Shown: in pieces, positions 38,566 to 48,872 of the stretch
Position numbering within the stretch: position 1 is the stretch's first letter
How the letters are laid out: the number at the start of each line of letters is the position of its first letter
Origin: a virus
Length of the DNA: 64,000 nucleotides
IMG/VR virus record: IMGVR_UViG_3300044991_001618
Span: 32,001-96,000 of that record
Direction: 5' to 3' (one strand)
Notes under the pieces: model-generated
Seen by the model: only the letters and a program-made list of their open reading frames with translations
What the model was told of the DNA's origin: nothing
Databases searched by the model: none
Made by a program: the position numbers and the translations under genes

Positions 38566-39267
38566 TTATTTTAAAATTAAAAGTTTCTTAATTACATCAA
38601 TTAAAACCTCAACATCCCTCTCACAATATTTTGTAATACCTTCAATATTGTTGTCATTCCAATATGCGTCATGTACTTTATTACCTGTAACATCCATATT
38701 CTTTGATGATTCTATACCAAGACTAACACACATTAACTCTAAAGATGCAATTGAACCAAATTGACCATATTGCCAAATGTCTTTTGTGTCTATTGCTTTA
38801 ACTTCCCAAGGTTTAGTATCAAAACTTGGTAAAATCTTTGGGGGCATCAGTCCATTAATCATCATTCTCTTAGCCAATACTGGAATATCAAATCCCTTAA
38901 CATTATGGCCACAAAGGAAATAATTTAATGAGCCAACTTTTTGAAGAACCTTTTGGGTTTTTTTAAGAATATCCAATTCGTCTTTTCCAGAAAATGATTG
39001 CATTTTAATTGACCCATCATCATTAACAAATGCCAGAGAAACACAAGCAATTTTTAGGAACTCAGAAACAAGTGCTGAACGATTATGAAACATAGAATCA
39101 AAACCATCAGCACCATCCTCTGGAAATCTTTTTTCAAACCAATCATAATAATTTTCAAACTGAAAGGCTAATTCAGGTTTGTTTGTTTTTAAGGCATCAA
39201 AACTGGCTTCACAACCAACAGTTTCAATGTCAAGGAATAAGATTTTGTTTAAAGGTACATTTATCAT
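38566..39267 (-). CDS. PolB-related 3'-5' exonuclease
   Basis: FLDIET, GHNVKGFDIP, IDT, YCERDV (DEDDy). Confidence 0.85.
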   Translation of the reverse strand: MINVPLNKILFLDIETVGCEASFDALKTNKPELAFQFENYYDWFEKRFPEDGADGFDSMFHNRSALVSEFLKIACVSLAFVNDDGSIKMQSFSGKDELDILKKTQKVLQKVGSLNYFLCGHNVKGFDIPVLAKRMMINGLMPPKILPSFDTKPWEVKAIDTKDIWQYGQFGSIASLELMCVSLGIESSKNMDVTGNKVHDAYWNDNNIEGITKYCERDVEVLIDVIKKLLILK

Positions 39268-39274
39268 GTTGTAG

Positions 39275-40495
39275 TTATTTAATTAGTGACTTATAAAATT
39301 CTGCTCTATTTTTTGTTACAGTAATTAAGGAATATGTATCCTTTACTGTTTCATATAAATTTTCTCCAAGGTCTTGTACTAAGTTGGGATTCTTCAGTAA
39401 CTTTTCAATATACTTTGCCCAATCAACCCCATTCCTATCAGCATCAACAAGCAAAGCATTCCCCCCCTTTACAAAAGTACCTCTATCTAATCCATGTTTC
39501 AAATCAATCGTATAAGGACCAAAGTTTGAGGCTATTAATGCTTTTTTATAAAACCCAGCTTCAATTACTTTTAATTGCGACTTCATTTCATTAAAAATGT
39601 GATTCTTTATTGGTGCTAAAGATATGTCAAATTTTGCATAATTCTTAGCATATGCAGTAACAGGTTTTGTCCACACTCTTAAATAAGCCTCATTATTTTC
39701 TTTATCATAAGGTTCTTGTACAAATTTAAACAAATATTTTTTATAATCCTCACTTATTGTAGAATATTTTTGTGTAAATATTTCTTCATATCTTGCCCAT
39801 ACAGTTTCTTCTGGTTTAATATTTCTTTTCTTTTGCTCTTTTGTTTCAGAATTAATTTCAGTAACAGAACCCCTAGTATCAAATCCACATAATACAAATT
39901 GTAATTTATTTGAATATTTTGTTAATGAACTAAATGGTTTATCTAAAATCATTAAATCATGTTGATGACTAGACCCACCAAGCCAACCCACTCTAACCCT
40001 ATCAGATTCAAGGGTTGGCTCATTAAATTGGGGGTCATTTGGATTTATAGCATTTGGAAACACAAAAACATTTTTATTATATTTTTTGATTAAATCTGCA
40101 TATAATTTTGTTGTTGTTGTAACATATTTTGCTGCTTTTAAATTTTCAATTATTTTTTCATTTATTTTATGAATTTTTATAATCTCATGTATTGGGTGAT
40201 CCTTTGTTGGCATCCAATAATCATCAATATCACAAATTGTAATTATACCCATATTATTTAATGTTAATATAAGGCTCTTTGCTTTATCAAAATCATGACC
40301 AATACTTCTATGGAAAGCAACAATTTCATAATTCTTCCAAAAGTTCATATCATCCATTGGGGGTTCATAATCAATATCTATGTGAAATTCACCAGAATAT
40401 TCTGATTGTAAGAAAAGATGGGGGTCAATTGAGCGGAATTTTCCAACCCCAGAGCGGTCAGATGGGACTACTAAAACTTTTATTTGTTTACTCAT
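39275..40495 (-). CDS. GT-B glycosyltransferase
   Basis: DIDDYW, VGWLGGSSH, DISLAP, KSQLKVIE, ASNFGPY. Confidence 0.78.
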   Translation of the reverse strand: MSKQIKVLVVPSDRSGVGKFRSIDPHLFLQSEYSGEFHIDIDYEPPMDDMNFWKNYEIVAFHRSIGHDFDKAKSLILTLNNMGIITICDIDDYWMPTKDHPIHEIIKIHKINEKIIENLKAAKYVTTTTKLYADLIKKYNKNVFVFPNAINPNDPQFNEPTLESDRVRVGWLGGSSHQHDLMILDKPFSSLTKYSNKLQFVLCGFDTRGSVTEINSETKEQKKRNIKPEETVWARYEEIFTQKYSTISEDYKKYLFKFVQEPYDKENNEAYLRVWTKPVTAYAKNYAKFDISLAPIKNHIFNEMKSQLKVIEAGFYKKALIASNFGPYTIDLKHGLDRGTFVKGGNALLVDADRNGVDWAKYIEKLLKNPNLVQDLGENLYETVKDTYSLITVTKNRAEFYKSLIK

Positions 40496-40531
40496 TTTTA
40501 TATTTTATATTTAAATATAATAAATAAAATC

Positions 40532-40571
40532 AAAAAAAAAAGCAATATGCAGAGATTGCATATTGCTTTTT
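40532..40571 (-). terminator. Rho-independent terminator
   Basis: AAAAAGCAATATGCA-GAGAT-TGCATATTGCTTTTT stem, long T-run on minus strand. Confidence 0.85.
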
Positions 40572-40592
40572 ACAAACAAAATAATTATTTAA

Positions 40593-41165
40593 TTAACTTT
40601 TAATTTTTTTAATCTTTTGTATTTTACCTTCAAAAATATGTGACCCCACCCTAAATTGGAAAAACTCATCTGACTTCTCTGTACTTTCTGTTAATAACCC
40701 CATTTCTTTAATGGTTGATTTAACTGTTTCTTTTACAATTTTTTTAATATATTCTGCGTCTATTTGTGTGTTTGATACTTGTTTTTGTTCTACTATATTT
40801 TGTTTTGGTTTATTGCCCATTAATTTTGATGCTTTTTCAACCATCTCATCTGTTAAAATATTTCTACCAATAGGTTGCTGAACTTGTGCAATTGGATGTT
40901 CCAGCATAATCCTTTTAATTTCATCTGGCAATCTTGATTTCTTTATTGCATCTTCAGAGGGGGTTTCAATATTTCTTATTGGCATAACTGGTGCTGTCAT
41001 TTCATTTTCAGATAGTATATCATCAGGTATATTATATCTTGCATTTGGTATTGAAAAATCAACATTATCACCCGTTGGTATTGCGTTACCACTTCTTGGT
41101 AACTTGTTGTGAACATCCATTATTGCTTTGGATTTCATTAGTTTTTGCATTAAATCATTTTCCAT
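40593..41165 (-). CDS. Hypothetical protein
   Basis: 190-aa ORF. Confidence 0.65.
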   Translation of the reverse strand: MENDLMQKLMKSKAIMDVHNKLPRSGNAIPTGDNVDFSIPNARYNIPDDILSENEMTAPVMPIRNIETPSEDAIKKSRLPDEIKRIMLEHPIAQVQQPIGRNILTDEMVEKASKLMGNKPKQNIVEQKQVSNTQIDAEYIKKIVKETVKSTIKEMGLLTESTEKSDEFFQFRVGSHIFEGKIQKIKKIKS

Positions 41166-41166
41166 A

Positions 41167-41206
41167 TTATGTAATATTTATTTGGTATTTTATGTAATAT
41201 TTATTT
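41167..41206. repeat. 17-bp direct repeat TTATGTAATATTTATTT x2
   Basis: 41167-41183 and 41190-41206. Confidence 0.8.
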
Positions 41207-41618
41207 CATCTTCTGGTGTATTATAATCCCCATCAAATTCTGCTTTAACCAAGCACACACCACCTCTGAAAGTTTTATCCCCATTAAAGTTAAACCCTTC
41301 TCTTGGGGTTGTAAATACTTCACCTGATGGATTTAATGACATTATTTTATCCAATCTAAATATCCTCCAACCGGGTAGAATTTGTTTCCCCAAATAACCA
41401 GTATGTGAAGCCCCTTCAATATCATATGCCCTAACTGCTCTATTCCCACCTTTGGTTGTACCAAGACAAACAGGTTCAATTAGTCTTAATCCTTTACCCC
41501 CTGGCTCATCACCATCATAATAAACGACACAGACTTGTCTACCCTTTATTGCTGAAGCAATTGATTCAATTGAAGCAATTTCTGTTAATAATGATTTTAA
41601 TGTATTTGTTAATTTCAT
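41190..41618 (-). CDS. Stand-alone WYL-domain protein
   Basis: AIKGRQVCVVYY...RLIEPVCLG...VRAY...WRIFRLDKI. Confidence 0.75.
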   Translation of the reverse strand: MKLTNTLKSLLTEIASIESIASAIKGRQVCVVYYDGDEPGGKGLRLIEPVCLGTTKGGNRAVRAYDIEGASHTGYLGKQILPGWRIFRLDKIMSLNPSGEVFTTPREGFNFNGDKTFRGGVCLVKAEFDGDYNTPEDEINIT

Positions 41619-41914
41619 TTCTTAAAATCTGGATATGGATTTTTTTCCTTAAATTTATTTATTTTTATTTCACTTTTTCTTTCAGTAACATCTAGTTGTG
41701 TTCCAATTGTTGGTGTATGAGTATCAAGGAAAATACCATTGCCCCTACCTTTTCCATCGCCATCCCCAAGGGCATTTGGATTTTTTGATGAATATTCAAA
41801 TGCTATATCCTTATATTCATTTTTTGGTAATAGCTTTGCTCTTTGCTCTTCTGCAAATTTGCTCAAATTATTTTCAATATTTTGGCTTAAATCAATTGCT
41901 AATTCATCTCCCAT
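41615..41914 (-). CDS. Hypothetical protein
   Basis: 99-aa ORF in operon. Confidence 0.6.
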   Translation of the reverse strand: MGDELAIDLSQNIENNLSKFAEEQRAKLLPKNEYKDIAFEYSSKNPNALGDGDGKGRGNGIFLDTHTPTIGTQLDVTERKSEIKINKFKEKNPYPDFKK

Positions 41915-41918
41915 AATT

Positions 41919-42389
41919 TTAATATTTTATTAATTTTTTTATTTTATTTATTTCCTCTGTTATTTTTGGTATTGAGGAAGCATGCCTTTCTGTTGCCTTT
42001 TTATGTGTTTCTGATGGTCTAACATTGGTATCATCTTTATCATGTGAATCAATAAATTGATTTGATTCACCAGCATTTGTTCTATTTCTTTGGGTCATTT
42101 TAACATTTGCTCTCATTTGATTTAATGTTTGTTCAACCCAATATTTCATTTTAAGACTACCATTTAAAATAAATTCAGCATCCTTAAAATCACCTTTATA
42201 AGTATCAAAATAACTTTTTATTCTTTTCATTTGGGTATATGATATTGTATTTTTCCCTTGTAATTCTTTATTCCTTTTATAACCTTCGCTATCTTGGGGA
42301 ATTTGTCCAATAGAGTTCATACACATCATTAAATGTTGTTTCATTTCTGGAGGAAAAGGAATTGGTCTATTATAAAGTTTACTATTCAC
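41919..42389 (-). CDS. Hypothetical protein
   Basis: 156-aa ORF. Confidence 0.62.
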   Translation of the reverse strand: MNSKLYNRPIPFPPEMKQHLMMCMNSIGQIPQDSEGYKRNKELQGKNTISYTQMKRIKSYFDTYKGDFKDAEFILNGSLKMKYWVEQTLNQMRANVKMTQRNRTNAGESNQFIDSHDKDDTNVRPSETHKKATERHASSIPKITEEINKIKKLIKY

Positions 42390-43155
42390 TTTTTAGCATT
42401 TTTATTAAATCATTTATACTTAATCCGTTTTTCTCTGCTTGGGTTTTCAACATTTTAATATTCTTTTTGATAATTGGATTTGTTTCATCTTTTGATGACT
42501 GCAAATCACTATCTCCATTTCTTTTTGATACAACCAAATCTTCAACCATTTTATTGAACTCAGATAATGTCATTTTATCAATAGACCCTTTCTTTTTCTT
42601 TTTGCTTATTTTCCCAGAAGGGTCTTTACCAAATTCTTTTGTTCTTTGCTTTGCCTCATCAGGTTCAACATCAAGTTTATCAACCAAATATTTATATGTT
42701 TTTTTACCATCAAGATTTTTTGTTTCCTCATAGCCAAATGCATTGGACATATCAATCTCTTCAATCCCCTCACCATAATATGTTCTATATCCACGAGTTA
42801 CAGGGTCATTTGTTTGCCTTGTTGCTGGAATAATTTGATCCATTGTTCTATGAGTATGTTGCGTATTATTTAATATGGGGATTTTTGATGTTAGCATTGA
42901 ACCATCATCATCAACCAATTCTTCCAATTCTTTTTTTAACTTCTTTGTTGTTGGTTTTCTTTTGGTTTTAACAATTTTATTTAAGTGATTTTTTATTTTT
43001 TTAATATTTTTTTTATCAAAGTGAACAACTTCATCATTATCTCTTGCTTCGGACAATGTGCCATTTATTGAGAAATATAGTGAATATTTATCAGTCTTTT
43101 CTCTAATTAAAAAATAATAAGGTGAATTAAAATATTCTTCGTTAATATTTATCAT
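42382..43155 (-). CDS. Hypothetical protein (probable head-associated)
   Basis: Likely start 43155 (13 nt after TATTTAT at 43169-43175). Confidence 0.6.
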   Translation of the reverse strand: MININEEYFNSPYYFLIREKTDKYSLYFSINGTLSEARDNDEVVHFDKKNIKKIKNHLNKIVKTKRKPTTKKLKKELEELVDDDGSMLTSKIPILNNTQHTHRTMDQIIPATRQTNDPVTRGYRTYYGEGIEEIDMSNAFGYEETKNLDGKKTYKYLVDKLDVEPDEAKQRTKEFGKDPSGKISKKKKKGSIDKMTLSEFNKMVEDLVVSKRNGDSDLQSSKDETNPIIKKNIKMLKTQAEKNGLSINDLIKMLKSE

Positions 43156-43210
43156 TTGACTTTTATTCATAAATATTCACTAAATACTATTTATTATAAT
43201 AATAATATAA

Positions 43211-44965
43211 ATGAGTTATCAAAATATTAATCAATATAATTTTAATAAGATTGGATTTAGACCTGTAAATGAAATTATTGATATAAGTTTGGCTTCGGAT
43301 GAGTTGAATTTTGATGAGGAAACTGTATTTTCATCAAATTTGATTGCTGAGAATGATGGGAATAGGATGCCATTCAATTTTGATTTTAACTATTCTGGTA
43401 ATTCAAGTGGATATTCATCAACAGATGTTATTGTTTCAAAAAATTATTATAATCCAGAAAATTATAATTTAACAGCAAATACATACCAAAATAAAATTTC
43501 AATATGTGATATTGGATTAACCGGAATTGATAATGGATTAACCAATGTTATTTCTGGTCAAACCATTGAAATAAATTATGGTTTATATACAAATACAAAT
43601 GATATATATAATAGGTATAAATTTGATAGAAGATTAAAATTACACCCCATAACAGGGTTCACAACAAGCACAAATAGAATATATAATGATAATAGTTATT
43701 CTTATAATATAACATCTGGAACAACATCAAGTCTCAAATATTCATCATTAAATGGTTCATTTTATCAAGGATTTTATAGATTATTTGGTTATGATTATGA
43801 AATATTCCCAGAAAGACCAAATCTTGGCTGGACAGCAGAATTTGTATTAAAATATAGATGGACAGGCGATACAAATGGTTTGAATGTAAGATATCCAAAA
43901 AATAAGGGGACATTCTTTTATTTAGGTGCAAGAGCAGAAAATAAGTTTTATCATTTTGCTGATGGACATCCAGTGTCATATAGTGCATATACAAGACCAA
44001 CATCTGGCTTAACTTGTTGGGATACTTGCAATTGTGATATAAATTATTCAGCATCCACATATTCAGCATCAACTTGTAATAAGGTATATCCAATCACAGG
44101 AATAACAAATCCAGATAAAGATGTTATATTTAATGAACCAAATCCCTTATATGATTCTGTTTCAAATGCACTATCACTTCAGTTAAGTGGTAATTCTGGC
44201 AACCCAATAGTTTGTGTAAAAACATTCACCCTAACAGGAACTTGCGAAACATCAGGTGCAACTATAAATCAATGGTGCTCAACAAAAGGAATATTTGATG
44301 AATTTAAAAATACAACATATATCCAAGATGAAAATTGGGTTCAAATTGACGCAGTATTTGTTAGAGATAGACTAATTGAAAATTGTGATTTAAAAGAACT
44401 TGGGGGGTTAGGATTATTAGTCTCAAGGGAATATACTGCAACAACAACCAATAGAAGCATTGAATTAATACAACCAAAATTAAGTGGTGAAACAAATGCA
44501 AGCATTGAAGTTGTTAATTTTGACCAATCATGGATTAATACAAAAAAATATAGAAATGGAAATTTAAGAATATACATAAATGGTAAAATATTCTTCATCA
44601 TTGATAATTTTGAGGAAATTATCCCAAGACCATTAAATACTCTAAAAGAAAGACAAATTGGCGTCCCCTTCAATATTTCAGTTGGGGGTGGCACACAAGG
44701 GCTTAAAGATTCTCTTACATTAAGTTCATGTACAAATAACACCCTAATACAAGACCCAGAATTATTACCAACTGATATACTAAATAATACATCATATTCT
44801 GGTTTAACCACAAATATTACTCTTGAAGAAGAATTTGGGGGTAGTTTAATAGGTGATATGGGGGCATTTAGAATGTATGTTGAACCCTTAAATGCTGGTC
44901 AAATAAGGCATAATTTTAATATATTAAAAACAAAATATAATTTAATAAACCCATACATAAAGTAG
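43211..44965 (+). CDS. Putative virion structural protein with LamG/concanavalin-like elements
   Basis: S/G/T/N-rich; LRIYING; GDMGAFRMYVEPLNAGQIRHNF terminal motif; TATTTAT 16 nt upstream. Confidence 0.6.
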   Translation: MSYQNINQYNFNKIGFRPVNEIIDISLASDELNFDEETVFSSNLIAENDGNRMPFNFDFNYSGNSSGYSSTDVIVSKNYYNPENYNLTANTYQNKISICDIGLTGIDNGLTNVISGQTIEINYGLYTNTNDIYNRYKFDRRLKLHPITGFTTSTNRIYNDNSYSYNITSGTTSSLKYSSLNGSFYQGFYRLFGYDYEIFPERPNLGWTAEFVLKYRWTGDTNGLNVRYPKNKGTFFYLGARAENKFYHFADGHPVSYSAYTRPTSGLTCWDTCNCDINYSASTYSASTCNKVYPITGITNPDKDVIFNEPNPLYDSVSNALSLQLSGNSGNPIVCVKTFTLTGTCETSGATINQWCSTKGIFDEFKNTTYIQDENWVQIDAVFVRDRLIENCDLKELGGLGLLVSREYTATTTNRSIELIQPKLSGETNASIEVVNFDQSWINTKKYRNGNLRIYINGKIFFIIDNFEEIIPRPLNTLKERQIGVPFNISVGGGTQGLKDSLTLSSCTNNTLIQDPELLPTDILNNTSYSGLTTNITLEEEFGGSLIGDMGAFRMYVEPLNAGQIRHNFNILKTKYNLINPYIK

Positions 44966-45017
44966 AATATTTACTTTATTGTAAAAAACTTTAATATTAA
45001 TATATTAAATGTTTTAA

Positions 45018-46268
45018 ATGAGTAAGATATTTGTTCAAATTGCATCTTATAGAGATTATTTATTGGAATCAACCATAGAAGATATAATTTCAAATGCAAA
45101 AAACCCCAAGAACCTAGTTATTGCAATTGCACGACAATACCACCCAGATGATAAGTTTGGCACATTAGATAAATGGAGAAAAGATAAGAGATTCAAAATT
45201 ATTGATATATTATATAATGAAACAAAAGGTGTTTGTTGGGCAAGAAACATGGTTCAACAATTATATAATAATGAAGAATATACATTACAGATTGATTCCC
45301 ACATGCGTTTTGAACAAAATTGGGATGATATTTTAATTAAAATGATTAAGCAACTTCAAAAATCTGGCTACCCAAAACCATTATTAACAGGGTATGTATC
45401 CTCTTTTGACCCAGATAATGATCCAGAGGCAAGGTCAAAAGAACCTTGGCGAATGCTATTTGATAGATTCATTCCAGAAGGTGCAATGTTTTTTTTACCT
45501 GATACTATTAAAAATTGGCAAAATTTAAGTCAGCCAGTTTCTTCAAGATTTTATTCTGCACATTTTTGTTTCACACTTGGCATATTTTCAAAGGAGGTTC
45601 AGCATAACCCAGAATATTATTTTCATGGTGAAGAAATCTCAATTGCTGCAAGAGCATATACACATGGTTATGATTTATTTCATCCACATAGATTAACTGT
45701 TTATCATGAATATACAAGAAAGAACAGAACAAAACAATGGGATGATGATAAGGAGTGGGTTGATAAAAATAATAAAAGCCATTTAATTAATAAGAAACTT
45801 TTTGGGATGGATGGCTTGGTTCAGGAGGGTCATAATGGTTTGTATGGATTTGGTTCTGTTCGAACATTAAGGGATTATGAGAGGTATGCTGGGATTTTAT
45901 TTTCAAGAAGGGCTATTCAAGAGGAGACATTAAAACATTCTTACCCCCCAAATACATATAATTATGAAACGGAGGAAGATTGGTTAAATTCATTTTCAAG
46001 CATATTTAAACATTGTATTGATGTGTCTTATAATTCAGTTCCAGAGAAAGATTATGATTTTTGGGTGGTTGCATTCCATGATGAGAATGATGAAACAATA
46101 TATCGAAAAGACGCAGATAAGGATGAAATTAATAGAATGTTAAATGACCCCGACCATTACTGTAAAATATGGAGGGAATTCAATGCGATAAGGCAGCCAA
46201 AGTATTGGGTTGTTTGGCCTCATAGTGAATCTAAAGGTTGGTGTGATAAGATAAGTGGTAATTTTTAA
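45018..46268 (+). CDS. GT60-like (Pfam GlcNAc) protein alpha-GlcNAc transferase
   Basis: IFVQIASYRD, GVCWAR, LQIDSHMRF, FHGEEI..AARAYTHGYD. Confidence 0.82.
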   Translation: MSKIFVQIASYRDYLLESTIEDIISNAKNPKNLVIAIARQYHPDDKFGTLDKWRKDKRFKIIDILYNETKGVCWARNMVQQLYNNEEYTLQIDSHMRFEQNWDDILIKMIKQLQKSGYPKPLLTGYVSSFDPDNDPEARSKEPWRMLFDRFIPEGAMFFLPDTIKNWQNLSQPVSSRFYSAHFCFTLGIFSKEVQHNPEYYFHGEEISIAARAYTHGYDLFHPHRLTVYHEYTRKNRTKQWDDDKEWVDKNNKSHLINKKLFGMDGLVQEGHNGLYGFGSVRTLRDYERYAGILFSRRAIQEETLKHSYPPNTYNYETEEDWLNSFSSIFKHCIDVSYNSVPEKDYDFWVVAFHDENDETIYRKDADKDEINRMLNDPDHYCKIWREFNAIRQPKYWVVWPHSESKGWCDKISGNF

Positions 46269-46278
46269 TTTAATATAT

Positions 46279-47553
46279 ATGTTTAGTATAATAAACCATA
46301 TAATAGCTGAAAAAGGATATTACATTAATTTGGATAACTCAATAGATAGGAGAGTTAGGGTTGAGGAACAAATTGAGAAATATAATATTAATGGATTAGA
46401 AAGATTCCCAGCATTGACTGATTCTTGGCATCAATACTCTTGCACCAAATCTCATTTGGCAATATTACAGAAATGTTTTGATGAAAATATTGAAACAGTA
46501 ATGATTTTTGAAGATGATTTTCAGATATATGATGAATGTAAATTTGCTCACAATACACTTAATTTAAATGATTGTTTAACTAGTGTTGTTAATGATTTAA
46601 ATTTGGTTGATTGGGATGTTATATTGTTTGGCTGCAACCCAAGAACTTATTTAATACCTATAACAAATAATTTGGCAATTAACTCTAAAAGTACAGGTGC
46701 TTGGGCTTATCTCATTAAAAAGAAGGCATATAAATACATTTTAGATAATTTAAATTATGGACGTGATTTATTGGCTATAGATGATTTTTTACCACTATTG
46801 AATCAAAGAGGATTCACATCTTTGACCACCATACCATTAACCATTCATCATGGTGTTAATTTAGTATCAACATTACAACCAAGAGAACCTGTCAACTATA
46901 ATGTTATGATAGAGGGAAATTATTATAATTATATTTATAATTATGTTACAGATAAAAGTCTTACATATGATACTTATCAAATTGAACAAGAAATAACAGT
47001 TGTGATAACAGGTAAATTTATCAATGACTTCATATCACATTTAAGATATTCATTAATGTCAATTCCCCCAACCATAGAGAAATGCAGATTTCTAATTATA
47101 TATGACATATTGGATTATTCAGCATCTCACAATAGCATTATTCAAGTATATGATTATTTCAAAAATAGAAACAAATCAATAAATTGTGATATTAGATTTT
47201 CTACTGAAAACAATAGAAATAATTTACTATTAGAGTTAATTAAAACAAAATATTTTATTCATTTAGAACATGGCTGGGTATTCTTGAATAATGATATCAA
47301 CTTTAAAGAAATGATAAATAATCTAAACAATAATGAAAGCATTAATGGATTTTGGTTTAATCATGGCCAAGATGAGGCAAATAATACCCCAACCATATTT
47401 AGAACATCAACATATACCAATAATTACAATTTGCAAATGTATGATGAAAATATAATGGTTACACATATAAATCACCAAGAATTAGAAAACCCAATTCTTA
47501 AAAATATTGCAAATGAATTTATTAAAAATAATCCTTTAAAAACATATGATTAA
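46279..47553 (+). CDS. GT25-family glycosyltransferase fused to GT-A-like domain
   Basis: YINLD..DRR, ERFPA, CTKSH, IFEDD, AYLI, IDD. Confidence 0.78.
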   Translation: MFSIINHIIAEKGYYINLDNSIDRRVRVEEQIEKYNINGLERFPALTDSWHQYSCTKSHLAILQKCFDENIETVMIFEDDFQIYDECKFAHNTLNLNDCLTSVVNDLNLVDWDVILFGCNPRTYLIPITNNLAINSKSTGAWAYLIKKKAYKYILDNLNYGRDLLAIDDFLPLLNQRGFTSLTTIPLTIHHGVNLVSTLQPREPVNYNVMIEGNYYNYIYNYVTDKSLTYDTYQIEQEITVVITGKFINDFISHLRYSLMSIPPTIEKCRFLIIYDILDYSASHNSIIQVYDYFKNRNKSINCDIRFSTENNRNNLLLELIKTKYFIHLEHGWVFLNNDINFKEMINNLNNNESINGFWFNHGQDEANNTPTIFRTSTYTNNYNLQMYDENIMVTHINHQELENPILKNIANEFIKNNPLKTYD

Positions 47554-48212
47554 TGAAATTTTTATTCAAATTTCCATCCAGAGGGAGGTCAAATAAATTC
47601 AAGGAAACATTGCAATTACATTTAATGCATTTGTCAAATAAAAATGAATACAAATTCATATTCACTTTTGATGAAGATGATGATACAATGAATAATGATG
47701 ATATTAAAAACTTTATAAAAACTTTAAATATTGATTTTAAAATATTTTATGGTCAAAGCAAAAATAAAATAGAAGCAATAAATGCAAATTTAAGTGATGA
47801 GGATTATGATATTTTAATTTTAATAGCTGATGATATGATTCCACAAGTTATGGAATATGATGAGATAATAAGAAACATTATTGAAACATCAGAAAATGGT
47901 ACAGATACTATTATACATTTCAATACAACTAGATGGGCAAATCTTCTTGATGTTTGGTGTATAATGGGAAAGAAATATTATGATAGATTTAAATACATTT
48001 ATAATCCTGTGTATAAGAGTATTTATGCGGATAATGAATATACTGAGGTTGCTCAAATTTTAGATAGATACATTTTTTCTGAAATCATAGCATTCAACCA
48101 TAATTGGGATTCAGATGAAACAACCTTAAAAAGTTGGGGGCATAATCAAGAAGATGAGAATATTTATAATTCAAGAAAAAATGAAAATTTTGATTTAAAA
48201 AATGGTAAATAA
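47553..48212 (+). CDS. GT2-like glycosyltransferase (paralog of 32303-32968)
   Basis: KFPSRGR, IADDMIP, YADNEY. Confidence 0.7.
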   Translation: MKFLFKFPSRGRSNKFKETLQLHLMHLSNKNEYKFIFTFDEDDDTMNNDDIKNFIKTLNIDFKIFYGQSKNKIEAINANLSDEDYDILILIADDMIPQVMEYDEIIRNIIETSENGTDTIIHFNTTRWANLLDVWCIMGKKYYDRFKYIYNPVYKSIYADNEYTEVAQILDRYIFSEIIAFNHNWDSDETTLKSWGHNQEDENIYNSRKNENFDLKNGK

Positions 48213-48870
48213 AAAAATAATATCTTTTTCCTTGTGGGGTGATAATCCAAAATATACCTTGGGTGCAATTAAAAATGCTAAATTAGCTAGTACAATTTAC
48301 TCCAATTGGATATGTAGATATTATATTGGTCTTTCAACCCCTACTGAAATTGTGGATGAATTAAAACATATGAATAACACAGAGATTGTAATTATGAATG
48401 AGCAAGGTGAGTGGAATTCTATGTTCTGGAGGTTTTTACCTATTGGTGATAATGATATTGATGTTATGTTATCAAGAGATTGTGATTCAAGATTATCAAT
48501 TAGAGAAAAGTTATGTGTTGATGAATTTATAAATTCAGATAAAATGTTTCATAATATGATAGACCACCCATTCCATAATGGAATTATGGGTGGCATGTGG
48601 GGTGCAAAAAAAGGAGTTTTAAATAATATGAAAGAATTAATTGATAATTGGCCAAAAACAAATCAATGGCAAACAGATCAATCTTTTTTAAATACAATGG
48701 TAACGCCTATAATTGGTGATAATATTTTTATACATGATTCCATCAATAAAAGAAATTTTCCAATAAAAAGAAAAGATTATGAATATGTTGGGGAATCATA
48801 TAATGGATATGATGAAAGGTCTGAACATTGGTGTGTTTTTACTTTTGATGAATACAAACATTTGGATTAA
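48202..48870 (+). CDS. Conserved glycan-locus protein (paralog of 31653-32306)
   Basis: ISFSLWGDNPKYTLGAIKNA identical to paralog. Confidence 0.6.
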   Translation: MVNKKIISFSLWGDNPKYTLGAIKNAKLASTIYSNWICRYYIGLSTPTEIVDELKHMNNTEIVIMNEQGEWNSMFWRFLPIGDNDIDVMLSRDCDSRLSIREKLCVDEFINSDKMFHNMIDHPFHNGIMGGMWGAKKGVLNNMKELIDNWPKTNQWQTDQSFLNTMVTPIIGDNIFIHDSINKRNFPIKRKDYEYVGESYNGYDERSEHWCVFTFDEYKHLD

Positions 48871-48872
48871 AT

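Noticed and set aside
44045-44073. Short tandem repeat encoding YSAST twice
   Set aside because: Two-copy in-frame microduplication with no wider pattern
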